Origin: Paraspadella gotoi | Taxonomy: Eukaryota; Animalia; Chaetognatha | Length of the DNA stretch: 64,000 nucleotides | Assembly: GCA_051294375.1 (NCBI GenBank) | Contig: CM119270.1 | Location: forward strand, 9,059,986-9,123,985 | Reading direction: 5' to 3' | Shown: positions 14,206 to 28,301 of the stretch, one piece after another | Layout of the letters: every line of letters begins with the position of its first letter | How positions within the stretch are numbered: the stretch's first letter is position 1 | Program-made: the position numbers and the translations under genes | Notes under the pieces: generated by a model | The model's input: the letters and a program-made list of their open reading frames with translations, nothing else | Told to the model about the DNA's origin: nothing | Database searches by the model: none

Positions 14206-16331
14206 AGAAAGAGAGAAAAAGAAAGCGGAAGAAGGAGAGAGACAGAGTGAGAGCGAAAGAGAGCGAGAGAGAGGTTGCGACCCTCTTAAAGCGGCTTTCC
14301 CACTAACGACGCGGAATTCGGTGCTGCAGCCAAGCGGAAATCTCGGCCGGGTCACTCGCTCGAGGCCTTGATTACTGCGCCGCTAAAAAGTTAAGGAATT
14401 TCTCGGCGATTTGACGGTAAGTGACACTGAACAGGGGGCGCGGCGGCCCGCGACGGCCCGCGGCGGCGCCACTTGGCCTTTAGATTTTCGTTTTACTGTT
14501 TCGTTCTCGATAGCGTCGGTTGATCGAGATAAGAATTAAGTGAGGGCAAAGTAAGTACTTTTCATTTTAATTCCTTCATTTAAATTTCCTTTTAGAAAAG
14601 CTGAAGAATAAATGTTAGCTGAAAAAGAAAGGAAGAAGAAGAAGAGCAAAGGCGTTTGTCACGTTTTCCGACCGGAAACCTTTTTTTTATGGAAAGAGAA
14701 AGGAAGCGAAATGGAAGGATGCGGTTCAGCGGAGGTAAGGAGAGGGTGAGGCGGATGAGCGGGTGGGGCAAGTCAGGGAAGATGAAGGGAAATAAAAAGA
14801 AGCTACTTCGCGACCCAAATCTTTTTAAGCGCCCGGGATGAGGAGAAAAAAGGACCCCCCCAAACGGGATCCCAGGATTTGGCCGGTCGCTATGGAAACC
14901 CTTGAATATACGGGAATTACTACAGTTGAGAAGAATTAAAGAATAGAGACGAGGGGAAATCAGAAAAATCAGAGAATTCAGAGCTGAGAAGATTAATCAT
15001 TGGATGAGGAATAATGAGCAAAAACTGGAAAGAAAAGCAAATTTAAGAAGACAAAATATTGTGCCCTTATCAAACTGGTAGAAAAGAGTTGCGAAAAATA
15101 AATAATATAAAAAAAACATTTAAAAATGGGAAACAGTCACCTACGGATCTTAAAAAAATAATGTACTTTGGGCTGAAGGCTAAAGTTAATAGGTATGTCG
15201 ATAGTTTGATAACCTCATTCACCATCGTCACATGATAAAGATTCAGAAAAATATTTTTTTATTAAATAAATATTGATTAAACCCGTTAGACAACAAAGTA
15301 CCAATAATTTCAATAAGTAAAATACAAGAAACAAAAACTAAGAAGAACGATTGCAAAAATCGCTATTCAGACAAAGAAAGTGAAAGAGGACAAAGTTACT
15401 AAAAATACGGATTTCGAGGAGAAAGAGTTCGAGCACCGATACTCAGACGCGAGTCGAGGGATTGTTCACCACTTGACGGGTTTATGCTCAGTTGAAAAAG
15501 ACAGTTCCGGGTTTTTATGCCGAACGGGTCGAGAAAGTGGAGGACCTCGGCTGACCCCAAAGTGAACCTTGCGAAATGACAGATTTAGAGGTCATAACTG
15601 GAGAGACTCGGTTAGTAAAATTTTGTAGAATTACAACTAGAAGGTATAGTATCTTACTCATATGGTAATTTTACACGTAAATTTTAAACGATATGTAATC
15701 TACGTTTTTGATTTTTACTAAGAAAAAAACAACGAATAAATTTTTTTTCTCTAAAATACTGAAAATAAGTTTAAGAAAAATGGTGAAGTCAAAGGAATAA
15801 AAGTGAACGCATCGACCGTGAAATACGATGTTTATGTGTGTGTGTGTGTGAAAGAGAAGAGAGAGAGCGAGAGGAGAGAGGAGAGAGGAGAGAGAGAGAG
15901 AGAGAGATGCGATGTTTATGGATGAAGGAATAAAAGAAAAGAGAGGAAAAGATGATTTAGACGAATTGGCGAGAAAATGGAAATGAAAGGGAGATTATGG
16001 AAAGTAAAGACTATGTAGACTTGAAAAAAGGGGGAAAATTGAAAAAAAAAAAGGAAAAGAAAAAAAGGAAAAAGATTGTTAGAACTTAGAACAACCCGCA
16101 TTTAAAGATTTAAGACAGACATTTCGTAAGAATAAGAGGCTCTAATCTATTTTTAAAAACTCCAGCTTCAACCTGGAAATCCCGTCACTTTTTTTTGGGC
16201 TGTTAATCCTTTAATGTCTTTTTCATTCATTCTTCAATTGGAATTCACTGCGGGGAAAGAAGGGAAGGATATGGAATTCACTGTGGAGGAAGATGGGAAA
16301 TATGGAAAGAGGGGAACACCACTGAGAACAG

Positions 16332-16413
<82 letters not shown>

Positions 16414-16730
16414 TAAGAAAGTGGAAATGGGATCGAAAACGAGGAAAGTGAAATGAATCGGGCGAAAGAAAAAAAAGTGGAGGGTGTGAAAAAAATAATG
16501 GAGGAAATCCCTCTGAGCGAACGGAAGGGGCGAACCGATGAGAGGAAGAAAAATGAAATGGTTTGGAACCATGGGGGGGAGAGGTGGCGGGAAAGGGGTT
16601 GGAAAACAGGAAGGAAATAAGGCAACGCATGGAGGGGGCGGATAAATTTGTGGGGAAGGTCGGAAAAGGTGCGAAAAAGCGAGAAAACAAATTAAAGACC
16701 CAAGCTCCTAAATTTAATGCCAAAAAAAAA

Positions 16731-18180
16731 AGTTTGAGCAAACAATGTCGGATCTGCCTACGATAATTAAGCGGTAATCTGCTAATCAGATGATAAATCA
16801 CCATTATTCTTTCAATTTATGATCCTAATTGATCATAACAGATCGTACCAAACCAGTACCTGCGCCAATACATATAAATCGCTTGCAAGGGATTAAACTG
16901 AACTGTTACTATGGTACAAATAATTTATTTGACTAGTATTGTTTTTCAACTTGAATCATTTTAAAACTCGCATGATTTTTATACTCACTTCATTTCTTCA
17001 ACTTACATCATTTCTTAAACTCACATAATTTTTCAACTTGCATCATTCTTTGAACACACATCATTTTTCAACTTGCATCATTTTTTATCATGAATCATTT
17101 TTTAAATAATAACTAGCATCATTTTTTCAACTGGCATAATTTTTTCAATTTGCATCATTTTTTTTTCTTGCAAAACTTGTTAATTTGCGTCATTGTTTAA
17201 ATTTGCATCACATTTTTAATTGGCTTCATTTTTTTAATTGGCATCATTTTTTTAATTTGAATCATTTTTTAAAATTTCCATAATTTATTAAACTTGCATC
17301 ATTTTTTAACTTGCATTATTTTTTTAACTTGCATCATTTTTTTAACTTGCAACATTTTTTCAATTTCCATCATTTTTTTAACTTGCATAATTTTTTCAAC
17401 TCGCATCATTCATTTTATCTGAAAGAGAGAAACTTAAAAAAAAACTTAAAAACAACATTTTTTTTTATTACGGCTCGCAAGATTTTATCAAAACTTTATA
17501 TCTTGCTAAATAACATATCTTCCTACTAACACATAAATTTTTTTCTTAATTTATCCATCCAATTATGAATAATTCGAGTAATCATGAGTTGAAATTAATA
17601 AAAAGATTTAAGTAAATGTGACTTTTGTTTTTTCTATTTAAATTCATTTCCACCTGCACGGTTCCATCGAAACTTTATTTCCTGCTTTATCACACACTTT
17701 CCTACCCACACACAAAATAAACTTTCAAACTATCCATCCAATTAATTCGAGTTATTATGGGTTGAAATTAGTAAAAAGATTGAAGTAAATGTGACTTATG
17801 TTTTTTCCATTTAAACTTATTCCCACTCGCACGATTCTTTATTTCCTGCTTTATCACACACTTTCCAACCCACACACAAAATAAACTTTCAAACTATCCA
17901 TCCAATTAATTTGAGTTATTATGGGTTGAAATTAGCAAAAAGATTTTAGTAAATGTGACTTATGTTTTTTCCATTTAAACTTATTCCCACTCGCACGATT
18001 CCATCAAAACTTTATATCCAGCTCAATCACACCCTTTACTAACCACACTCAAAATTTTATTTCAATCCAATGTTCTGACATGATTTATGTAAGTGGCCGA
18101 CAAGATTTAGGGGGGAGACCGACGGACCGACAAAGTGGATTATAGAGTCGGGATCTGTTAATAAGCAGATCCGACTAAAA
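16731..18180 (-). mobile_element. Helentron-associated non-autonomous element (HINE/DINE-1-like), copy 1
   Basis: On the - strand: TTTTAGTCGGATCTGC...CAGATCCCGACT 5' subTIR plus inverted repeat, GTCGGTCCGTCGGTC (GTCY) tract, ~160-bp triplication, 18-bp satellite, 3' subTIR GCAGATCCGAC and GTTTG-CT-CAAAC hairpin. Confidence 0.75.
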
Positions 18181-18440
18181 TAAATCGGCGCGTGAAAAGA
18201 GTGAAAATTGTGTCGCAGCATTTTTTCTCTTCGCAAAATTACATGAGGGAGGGAATCAGAGAAATAAAAATAAAAGAAAAAAAAGAAAAACGCGAAAAAG
18301 ATTTTATTTTTGAAATGGGAAATTCCCGAGGGCAATGGGGTAGAGGAAAAGGATGGGAAAACGTGATTTGAAAATCGAAGAAAAACGGGGAAAACATGAA
18401 TAACTTCGACAGGGAAAAATTTCTCTCTCTCTCTCTCTCC

Positions 18441-18475
<35 letters not shown>

Positions 18476-19759
18476 CCTCCTCTCTCTCTCGTCTCTCCTC
18501 TCTCTCTCTCTCTCTCCTCTCCCTCTCTCTCTCTCTCTTCTCTCCGTCTTTTTTTCTGTTACCTTCGGTCTTTCTGTCTTTCCGTCTTTCTCCTTCTGTC
18601 TTTCTCTCTCGTACTTTCTTTGGCCGTGTCTTTCGGTGTGTAAAATATTTTTCATCCACCGCCCATTTTTTTTGCGGCCATGTCCCGGTAAGCGTTTGTA
18701 CAAAGATACCGACACACAGCGAGAGCCTCACGCACAAAGCTGAAATGATGAGCGAAGAGCCGCAGGTCAAGATTCAAAGTCATAATTTTTTTAGCTTGAT
18801 GGTTCTAGTAGGAAACTGAGCTTGGTTAGGTTTAAAAACTTTCATAAAAATAATTAAATCAATATATTCAAAGCTTCCAGGCTAAAACCTAATTGTTATT
18901 GATATTAGGCAATTAGCTTAAATAATTATTTATAACCTGAAAATTCATAAAATATATCGAGAATACTGGGTTTTCAGATTACAAGAAACGCCATCATTTT
19001 TTACGTCAAAATAAAAAAAAACCTTACTAAACTAGTGTAAGACATTGTGATAAAATTATAAAACATTCGCAGATCTAGCCGATTTGTAGATTTGGCCGAC
19101 AAATTTTCGGCTACGAGCCCGTCGGGCCTTTGACTTCTCGGCCATTTCCGGAAATGGGCAGCGCCAGTCCGGAGACTCCTCGTCCGAAACGAAGCAATTT
19201 GGTCATTCCATCCTCAAAGTCGCCGGAGGATGAAATCCAAAGCCCAAAGCCCAGAGGCTCCATCAGGATTTAATCACCTTTTTTTCTCTCTTCTTTGGTT
19301 TCTGTTCTTCTTCTCTGATTTTTGGGGCGAAAGTCAGAATTCGGACGAAAAGATTAATGAGCACAACGAAAAATTATGGATTCTGTGTGTTTCGGTTGGA
19401 GAAATACTTTTTAGTAAAGATCCAGTCTGATTTAATTCAGCAATCTATAAATTCTACATCTTTTTGTCATTAACTTATTGCTGTAAAGAGGTTTTCTTTT
19501 TTTACTTGTACGATCTTTTTTAAGGCAAGTTTCGCAGGAAATTTTCGACCTGGTTTATATAATTGTAATGTGACAACGTTGTAAAGCCCCAAATTAGTTA
19601 TTTTTCCATGGAATGTAATGTTGCAATGCCCTAAAGAAGCCTGAAATGTTAAACTTTTTCCCGTTTTTTCCCGAACTTCATTCTGGGTCAAGAGACCTCC
19701 AAATTTCGTATTCTCTTTTAAACTTATTCTAATTCGCGCCCTTTTTCAGAGCCCCTAAT

Positions 19760-20169
19760 CAGCAGATCCCGACTCTATAATTCACTTTGTCGGTCCGTCG
19801 GTCCTCCCCCTCAATCTTGTCGGGCATTCAATAATATGGAATCGTGCGAGTGGAAAAGAGTTTAAATGGAAAAAACAAAAAAATATATTTTGCTATTTGA
19901 ACGCTAATTATTCATGAGTGGATGGTGCAATTGACTTGAAATTTTGTATTCGGATCGTAAAGTGTGAGATTAAGCTGGAAATCAAGTTTTGATGGAATCG
20001 TCTGAGTAGAAATGAGTTTAAATGGAAAAAACTAATAGAAGACATTTGAAATTGTTTTCAACAACGATTTTATTGTAGCAAGACGTACATGTTTTGGCTT
20101 TAGACGTACAAGCCTTAATCAGCGTCAAAATTGTTTGTGAATTTTTTGGAAAACATTTGTGCAAATGAA

Positions 20170-20263
<94 letters not shown>

Positions 20264-21066
20264 TTAAAAGTTAAAAGTTTCTCTCTATATCTCTCTGATT
20301 GATTGATTGACCAAATTATGCCTGTTGATCAAATTTTGCAGTTGAGCAAATTATGTCAGTTGACCAAATTATGCAAGTTGACCAAATTATGCCAGTTGAC
20401 TGTTGACCAAATTATGCCAGTTGGCCACATTTTTCAAGATGAAAAAATTATGCTAGTTGACCAAATTATGCCAGTTGACCATATTATGTCAGTTGACCAA
20501 ATTATGCCAGTTGACCAATTGATACAAGTTGATTAAACTATGGAAGTTGATTAAATTATGCAAGTTGATTAAATTATGCAAAATGATTAAATTATGCAAG
20601 GTGATTAAATTATGCAAGTTGATCGAATTATGCAAGTTGACCAAATTATGCCAGTTGCCAAATTATTCCAGTTGACCTAATTATGTCAGATGACCAAATT
20701 AAGCAAGTTAACCAAATTATGCCAGTTGACCAATTCATGCCAGTTGACCAAATTAGCCAGTTGACCAAATTACGTCACTTGACCAAATGACATCAGTTGA
20801 CCATATTATACCAATTGACCAAATTATGCATGTTAACCAAATTATGCCAGATGATTTAATTATGCAAGTTGATTAAATTATGGAAGTTGACAAAATTATG
20901 CAAGTTGGTATTGGCACAGCTACTGGTAATGATTGATAGATCAATTGATTTAAAATTTGTTATAATCACAAATTGAGAGTCTGAAAAATTACTATGATTT
21001 ATCATCGGATTAGCTTATTACCGCTTAATTATCGTAGGCAGATCCGACATGGTTTGCTCAAACTAG
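19760..21066 (+). mobile_element. HINE/DINE-1-like element, copy 2
   Basis: CAGCAGATCCCGACTCTATAATTCACTTTGTCGGTCCGTCGGTCC head; 18-bp array CAGTTGACCAAATTATGC (20300-20910); tail CCGCTTAATTATCGTAGGCAGATCCGACATGGTTTGCTCAAAC. Confidence 0.75.
20082..20126 (-). ncRNA. Degenerate minimal hammerhead-ribozyme motif (Penelope-type)
   Basis: - strand: GACG-CTGATTA-A-GGCTT-loop-AAGCC-AAAAC-ATGTA-CGTC. Stems I and II pair; two core positions are mutated. Confidence 0.5.
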
Positions 21067-22488
21067 TTTTCTCGTTCAACCATTCTTCCATTAATGTTCC
21101 CATTAATGTTCTCATTGTGGTTCTGAATTTATCGCTCTTTCATCTTCTTTTTCTTTTTTCTCTCTCTACAACATTTGCTCCTATATTTATCGCCCTACTT
21201 TTTACTACTTTCCCTTTTCACTATTTTTTTAACCTTCCTTTCGCTTATCCTTTTATCTTTTCCTTCCGAGTTTTGTCCAAAAAGCGAAGGCCGCTTTTAG
21301 ATCTGATTCATGGACGAACGAACCATTTGAAAGATAAAATGCAAAAACGATTATGAAAATAAGATGGAGTTCCCTTAATAGATTTTTAACTGTTTTTAGT
21401 CAAGGTTTTCCTGGTCGGAAGGTAAAAAGAATTGCGTTTCCTTACAATTGCGCAATGAAGAAATGATGGGGTGGACTTTTTTTAACTTCCGCAGCTTCAG
21501 CTAGTTGATAATTTTTTTAACTCGTCTACGACAGCAAAATCGATGGTCGAGAAAAAAACTCACGTTTCTGCGGCCAAATATTGAGGATTAATTATAAATA
21601 TAAAAACATACAAGATCGAGACTCCAGGATGATAGTAACTTATAAAGTAATAAACATTTCTTCCATACATTTATAGCTATTAGCTAAACTACGTAAAAGA
21701 AGCCTGAGGACGAAACGATTTGAAAAACAACCAAGCTCGATTCTCTCGGGCGTCAATAGAAAGAAGAATAAATCATCAAGAGCCTTTATCTTCAGTGACC
21801 GATGGTGGCGGCGAGACCGGCCGACCGGTTTACCGCCGAAGCCCGACAGACAAATGAGCAATGCCGTTAAGAAACATCATTAAGGGAAAAACAAGGAACG
21901 AAAGCGCATTTTTTAAAACTTGGAGTTATATTTTTTTTACTTTCAGTGAAACATTTTCATGTTGATTTCAGTCATTGTGAAGACTTTTTTTTTCCGGTTG
22001 TGGAAGAAAGAATATTATATTTATTCTTTGCTATGTCACTTTAAATATTTCTCTCAATCATTTTTTTCTAAATATAGTAAATATGATAAAATATTATTTT
22101 CAAAAATAGCAATGCATGAATGCGCCCATGAGGATGTTTAAGAGTGAACGTATGATGACTGGATGTATTCGAAGAGTTTTAATAATCCTCACAAATCACA
22201 ATGGAAGAAAACAAATTTGTGTCACCTCTCATCAGACGAAACCTGCTTGGTCCTTATTTGTTAATGATTACTTTTCTTTCAACGCAAGGATAAGAAATAA
22301 AAAATAAAGTAAATTAATAAAATCTAACTTTTTAAAATTAGGAAATTAAGACCATAGAGAGGATAAAAAAGATCATAAAACGTCTCAGCAAAAAAAGAAA
22401 AGAAATAAAACACAGAGAGGAAAGCTATCAAAGATAAGTGCTCTAGTTAAGGCTGCGCTTTGTATTATCTTTTTTCTTCTCTCTCTCT

Positions 22489-22564
<76 letters not shown>

Positions 22565-23029
22565 TTCCCGTTCTCCCTTTCTTTCGACAATCCATTTTAA
22601 ACGATCTCGCTGCTCTTTTGTTGCCGCATTTGACTTTGCCTCCAGAGGACGAGGCCGACGACGTTTCCATCTTTCGACGAACCAAGCAAACGATTCTAGC
22701 GACGAAATGAGAATTGCTTTCAGATTTAAAACAAAAAAAATAAATAAAAAACAAAATATACAATATAAATTAGAAAAAATATCTTGTTTATTGAAAGAAT
22801 AGACAATTTTTATATTGATTCTTGATCTACCTCGCCCGAAAGAAACAAAATGTGACCAAAAGGGAAGAGAGAAAAAGGGAGACCGAAATTTCGCCGAGAT
22901 TATGATTCTGCGAATAACTGGTAAAAAAACCAAGCAGAAAAAATAAAGACCATTAAACGAGATAAGAATGAATCGAATATCTGGGAATTCTCGTGAGATG
23001 AAGGGAAAAGAAGATTTGGAAGAGTGAAA

Positions 23030-23069
<40 letters not shown>

Positions 23070-23269
23070 ACCGACATAATTGAGTCGTCAGCTTCCACGT
23101 CCCAGCGGAGAATTACTAAGTATTTTCGACATCGGCGTCGTTGATGTGTTGCCTGCATTGTCCAGTAGGGTTGAGTGATGAAAAGATTGAGCGATGGAAC
23201 AATGTTTTTTTGCTGCCTTTGTATATGTAATATAAAATAATTAAGCCCTTTTTCAAAAAAAATTTGCAT

Positions 23270-23670
23270 AACAGTATCATTAATTGAATTTTTTTTATAG
23301 TAATATCCTTATAAAATCATAAAATTTCAAAATCATATTTTTTGAATTTTAAGAACAGTTTTGGATTTGCCGGAAAAAACTGAAAAACTTTTGTAAAATA
23401 TGTTACATGATATTTTTAGGTTAAAGCTGCGAAAAACTTTTTATCATATAATAGTTTCTACTACAAAGTGTAAAAAAGTAGAGAATTGGACCTTTTTTTT
23501 CCATTTTTGACACTGAAGACATTGAAATTTTTAATAACATATTTTATATTTTTGATCTAACTTTTTATGAAGAATCAGAATCTTTAAAAAATTTTTTTTA
23601 AAAATTTTTTACAAAATTTATGATTTTATAAGAATATTACTATAAATATATTGTAATTAATGATACTGTT
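23270..23670. mobile_element. AT-rich MITE with ~60-bp imperfect terminal inverted repeats
   Basis: AACAGTATCATTAATT...ATAGTAATATCCTTATAAAATCATAAAATTT is mirrored by AAATTTTATGATTTTATAAGAATATTACTAT...AATTAATGATACTGTT. Confidence 0.7.
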
Positions 23671-25130
23671 CCCCAAACAATATAAGCAAAATATTTTTAG
23701 TACTCCTTAATCATACTATCTCACGTCTAAATATCCTTGTTTGATCACTCAAATCAAATTTATGTTCCCCAGTGCTCCACTCTATTGTCCAGGTTCAAAC
23801 AGCTTATAGACATCATTCCTTCGGTCGAGACCCGCTCGCTCTTTGAGTAAAGCCATCAGCTTACCCCCATTAGTTCAACCACAACCTGGCATGTTCCAAT
23901 CAGGAAGCGTAAGAAGGATGTCATGTCATGTCCCCCTTTATGGCAAAGAGACTTTCCAAGCCAAGGACTTGTTTAATAGCTGACGAAATGTTTAAAGAAG
24001 CTTCGGATATTCTTTTTCAGCTTATTTAGCGATTTATTCACAAATATTTTTTTTATTAATAACAATAGCGATATTAAAATAATTAAAAAACAGTAACACA
24101 AATATTAAAAAAGGCTAACGTATATTCACAACATTTTTACTTCACAATCAAAACTATGAGGGATGTTTTTTTTTATTTATATTTTTTCTAAATTTACAGC
24201 CTTTTTTATTTCTTTTTTCTTACGGCATTTCGTTACCTAATTTTTCTTTTCATTCGATTTTTTTCTGCATCTTTATTCAAAAGCAACGTAAGAAAGTAAT
24301 AACACAATTTTTTCATTCAACAATTTAAAAAAAATAGAATTTTTTAAAAATGTAACTTTTTAAATTAAAGAACGAAGTTTATGGTATTTGAAACCAAATT
24401 TTAACGGGGGATTTTAGCGTTTTTCCCCATGTCTCTATGCTTTAAAGTCATCTTCATTAGCTTCCAATTCATAGAAAATGTTTTTTTTTCTCCATTTGCG
24501 GTTGTTACTCAAGCATGTTATTTTTGTTTTGGTCTCAGGCTTCCTGAAAATTTACGATTTGTTTTCCTGTTTCTCTCTTTTTCTCGTTTTTTCCTCCTCT
24601 CTCTGTCTCTCTGTCTCTCTCTCTCTCTCTCTCTTGCTCCTCTCTCTACTCTCTCTAACTTTCTCTTTTGCAGAGTTTCTCTTCAAAAGAATTACAATGA
24701 GAATGAAACCAATTGAAAGGCTTATGCTTCGTCACGACCCAAAGAAAAAAAAAGAAACTCGGATGAAAAAAAGAAAAACTCCGTTGCAGAGTCGAGTCCT
24801 CCGATTATTTCTTCATTAAAAAGAAAATTTAGGAAAAAAATTTGAAATTAATCAAATATTCAATCATGTACGGTTCTTTAAATAAATGACCATAAATCGC
24901 TGTTTTATAAAAACATTGACAGTATCGGGGCCTACAAAATAAATATTCAGTGTGTCAGAGGTAATCGTTTTTTTATAAACAACATACCAACGCTGTGATT
25001 TGTGAGATCTCGTCGCCTTCCACCGTGAAATCACAAGCGTGACAACAGTACAGAAATCACCTCTCGCTCTCCAACTGGCTTGCTCCCATCGTACAACGTT
25101 GACGTTTCAGCCTATTTATCTGCGGGGTCT

Positions 25131-25183
<53 letters not shown>

Positions 25184-25335
25184 TGTCTTTCCTCTCTGGA
25201 GAATACCAGGGAGAAACAGAACGATAAGAAAAAAAATGTATGAGGCTTTATTACCAAAACATGGGAAAAACACGTTGTAGTAGTATCGATGACGGCGTTG
25301 GAATGGGGCTTTTCATCGCCAAGACCCGCAATCGG

Positions 25336-25367
<32 letters not shown>

Positions 25368-25670
25368 TCTCTCTCTTCCTCTCTCTCTCTCTCTCTCTCT
25401 CTCCTTTCTCTCTCTCTTCTCTCATAAATCTTTTTTTTTTTCGAAATCGTGAAAATTTTAGCTGAAGAAAACCTGAGATTGTATGTAATAAATATTTGTT
25501 TAATATTTATATATTTTTTACGGTCTGTTGGCTTAAATCCGATATTATTTTCACTGAAACCAATCGTCCAAGCCACAAATAAGAATTAACAAGATCGAAT
25601 TAATGAAACTCACTCCTGGCGCTGGACTCTCTCTCTCCCTCTTTCTCTCTCTCTCATTCTCTCTTTCTCA

Positions 25671-25718
<48 letters not shown>

Positions 25719-26032
25719 GCTGATGAATGTTTTTTCTTGCGCTTTTTTTTCGCTTTGCGCTCCAAGAGTTTTCCGTTTCTCATTGCAGCGAGTTGCGCCA
25801 TCGCGCGGTGAATACACAAATATAGATGTTGAGGCGGAGAAGTTGCTCTAGTTTATATTTGACGCCATAAAACCTTTCTCTCTTTTTCTCTCTCTCTCTC
25901 TTCCTCTCTCTTTCGCTTCCTTTCTCACGTCGCTTATGTCTTCGGTTTGACGCAAACTAAGACAGAAACTTCCTCAGGCTTCACCTTTGGTCTTTACTTT
26001 TCTTTTCTTCCTTCTTTCCTCTTTCTTTCTAC

Positions 26033-26295
26033 TTTTAGTCGCGGTTAGCGTCGACTTGATAAAACCATTTTCGGTCGGTCCGTCTGTCCATTTCTAAATG
26101 ATTTTTTCTACATTTTCCTGTCTATCTTTGTTTTTGTCTATTGACAAAAAAAAACAAAAAAACAAGAATTCTGTTTTTCCAAAGTGCGTTCAATAAATAA
26201 ATAATATACTGTAGTGGTGCGACCACCAAACATTGTGGCCAGCTGGGGTCAACCCCGTGGCGACGAAACCGCCGTCCCCACAATACAATTGTTTA
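26033..26295 (+). mobile_element. Possible second HINE-like family fragment
   Basis: TTTTAGTCGCGGTTAGCGTCGACT 5' hairpin followed by CGGTCGGTCCGTCTGTCC (GTCY) and GC-rich 3' hairpins. Single copy in the window. Confidence 0.35.
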
Positions 26296-27077
26296 GTTTT
26301 TTATATATTAGTATAATTTTTTCTGTTATTCTCTCTTTTATTCCTTTTTCGAACGTCTCTTTTCTCTCTTCCAACGGATCTTTTTCTTTATTTTTCCTTC
26401 CTTTCCTTTTTCTCCTCTTCTTTCCCTTCCGCTTCCTCTGCGGATCCCAGAATAAAATGCTCTACTTTTCTTCATTTATTATTTCTTCCTTTTTTCTCAA
26501 ATTTTTCTCGAAGTCGAGTTCGTTGGGGTTTTGAGCTTCATTCAACGTCGTCATAGGTGTCATTGAATTGAGTTGATAACTTAAATAAATTTAAAAAACA
26601 TTATTTCCATTTACATATTTCAAAACGTTAATGTTGTTTCACCTTATCTGATCTTGAGAATCAGTAGCTCTTTTTTTAATATTTGCTCATTATAATATTT
26701 GTTGGAATCGTTTTAACGAAACCTGTAAATTCGAGCAACTTCGTTCGTCGTAAAAGTCATGCGTTAGAATCGAAAAGTTTTTATAATAGTTTAATATATT
26801 TGAAGATATAAGTTTGTTAATAGCAGAAAACAAAAAAAGAGTAATACAATGGAAGGGTTTAATGTTGTCAAGTCGTTGTCGTTGTCGTTGTCGTTAAGCT
26901 TGTGGACGTCGTTGTTACCCTTGGGTATCTAAGTTATGAGTCCTATCGATAAATTGAAAATAAAAATTAAAACGATGAAAAGTTCTATGATAATTTTATT
27001 TCTTACAAAAAGTTTTATATCGTCACAGGCTTAATCATTCATCAACATTGAACAGAAATAAAGTTGATAAAGAACAG

Positions 27078-27813
27078 GTTTGAGTAAACAATGCCGGATC
27101 TGCTCACGATTATTACCGGTAAGCAGCTGATCAGATAATTAATTAATTAATTAATTAATTATCTGATTAAATTATTATAATAATAATAAATAATTAATAA
27201 TTAATATTAATTTTTTTTATTCGCGTCGAAATCGTTTTCCACTTTGTCTCGTCTCTCAATCACAAAACAACAATCTCGACCACAAAATTAATTAATAAAT
27301 TACAAAGTAATTAATAATCTATTAATTACTAATTTAATAATAAATAATTAATGCAGCTTGAATTTACATTTAATAAAAAGAGAAAAAAGCATAATCAAAT
27401 AGTGAAAATTTTTTTTTTTTCCAATTTAACTCATTTTATTTCCGGTTCAATCACACACTTTCCTACCCACATACCAAATTTCATTCTAATCCATCTATCT
27501 AATTATAAATAAAAATAAGAAAAAAATTCAGGTAAATATCACTTGTTTTTTTATTTTAACTCATTTCCACTTAAACGAATCCACTGACACTTGATTTCCT
27601 GCACAATCACACACTTTTCTACTTACATACAAAATTTCAAGTCAATCGCCCCATGCAATCATGAGTAATTGGCGTTCAAATATCGGACGGATATAAATTG
27701 TTTCGCATAATTTGTCATAATTCGATATTCTGATATTATATAAGTGAATGCCCGACAAGATTGAGGGGGCGGACCGACGGACCGACAAAGTGAATTAGAG
27801 TCGGGATCTGCTG
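27078..27813 (-). mobile_element. HINE/DINE-1-like element, copy 3
   Basis: Same termini as copies 1, 2 and 4 (GTTTGAGTAAACAATGCCGGATCTGC...; GGACCGACGGACCGACAAAGTGAATTAGAGTCGGGATCTGCTG). The central array is replaced by AT-rich (TAAT)n. Confidence 0.7.
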
Positions 27814-27893
27814 AAGAGAAACTGCCTTATTAGGTTAAAAGAAGACTTTTTTTGACGATAAAGTTTGTTGAAGACATAATAATGACCTTTGAA

Positions 27894-28301
27894 TCACTGA
27901 AGTAACGATTCTTTTAATTCCGAGTCTTTTCTGCAGTCCTTTTCCTCACGAGCAGATCGATTGGAGATAAAATCCTGTAGTGTAACCATGAGCAAAGCGG
28001 CGAGGATCATGGCCACTCCGATGTATCCCAACGGATTGAGTGTTTGACCCAGGAAGAAATTGCCCAAGACGTTTGAGAGGATGATCTCTAGACAGGTGAA
28101 GAAGGCCACCGCGTCGCCGTCCACCCTCTCCAGCGCCATAAGAATAGAGATCCTCACCAGAACGTCGAAGACGCCAATGAGAGTCACGCACCCTACCGGC
28201 GCCTTTTTCAGTCCAGTGAAAAAGGCGACAAAGCTGCGGAAGGATACTGCCGACGCTGCAGCCGCCGCAAATATCGTCGCCAATGAATAGTTGATTAGAA
28301 G
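27894..28301 (-). pseudogene. SLC35G/EamA (drug/metabolite transporter) gene, 3' half, separated by the LTR insertion
   Basis: Hydrophobic ORF LINYSLATIFAAAAA...MALERVDGDAVAFFTCLEIILSNVLGNFFLGQTLNPLGYIGVAMILAALLMV..., typical of a second EamA repeat. Joins in frame to the 5' half once the retrotransposon is removed. Confidence 0.8.

Noticed and set aside
20303-20536. Repeat-protein-like ORF VDQIMP
   Set aside because: Incidental translation of the 18-bp satellite inside a HINE copy.
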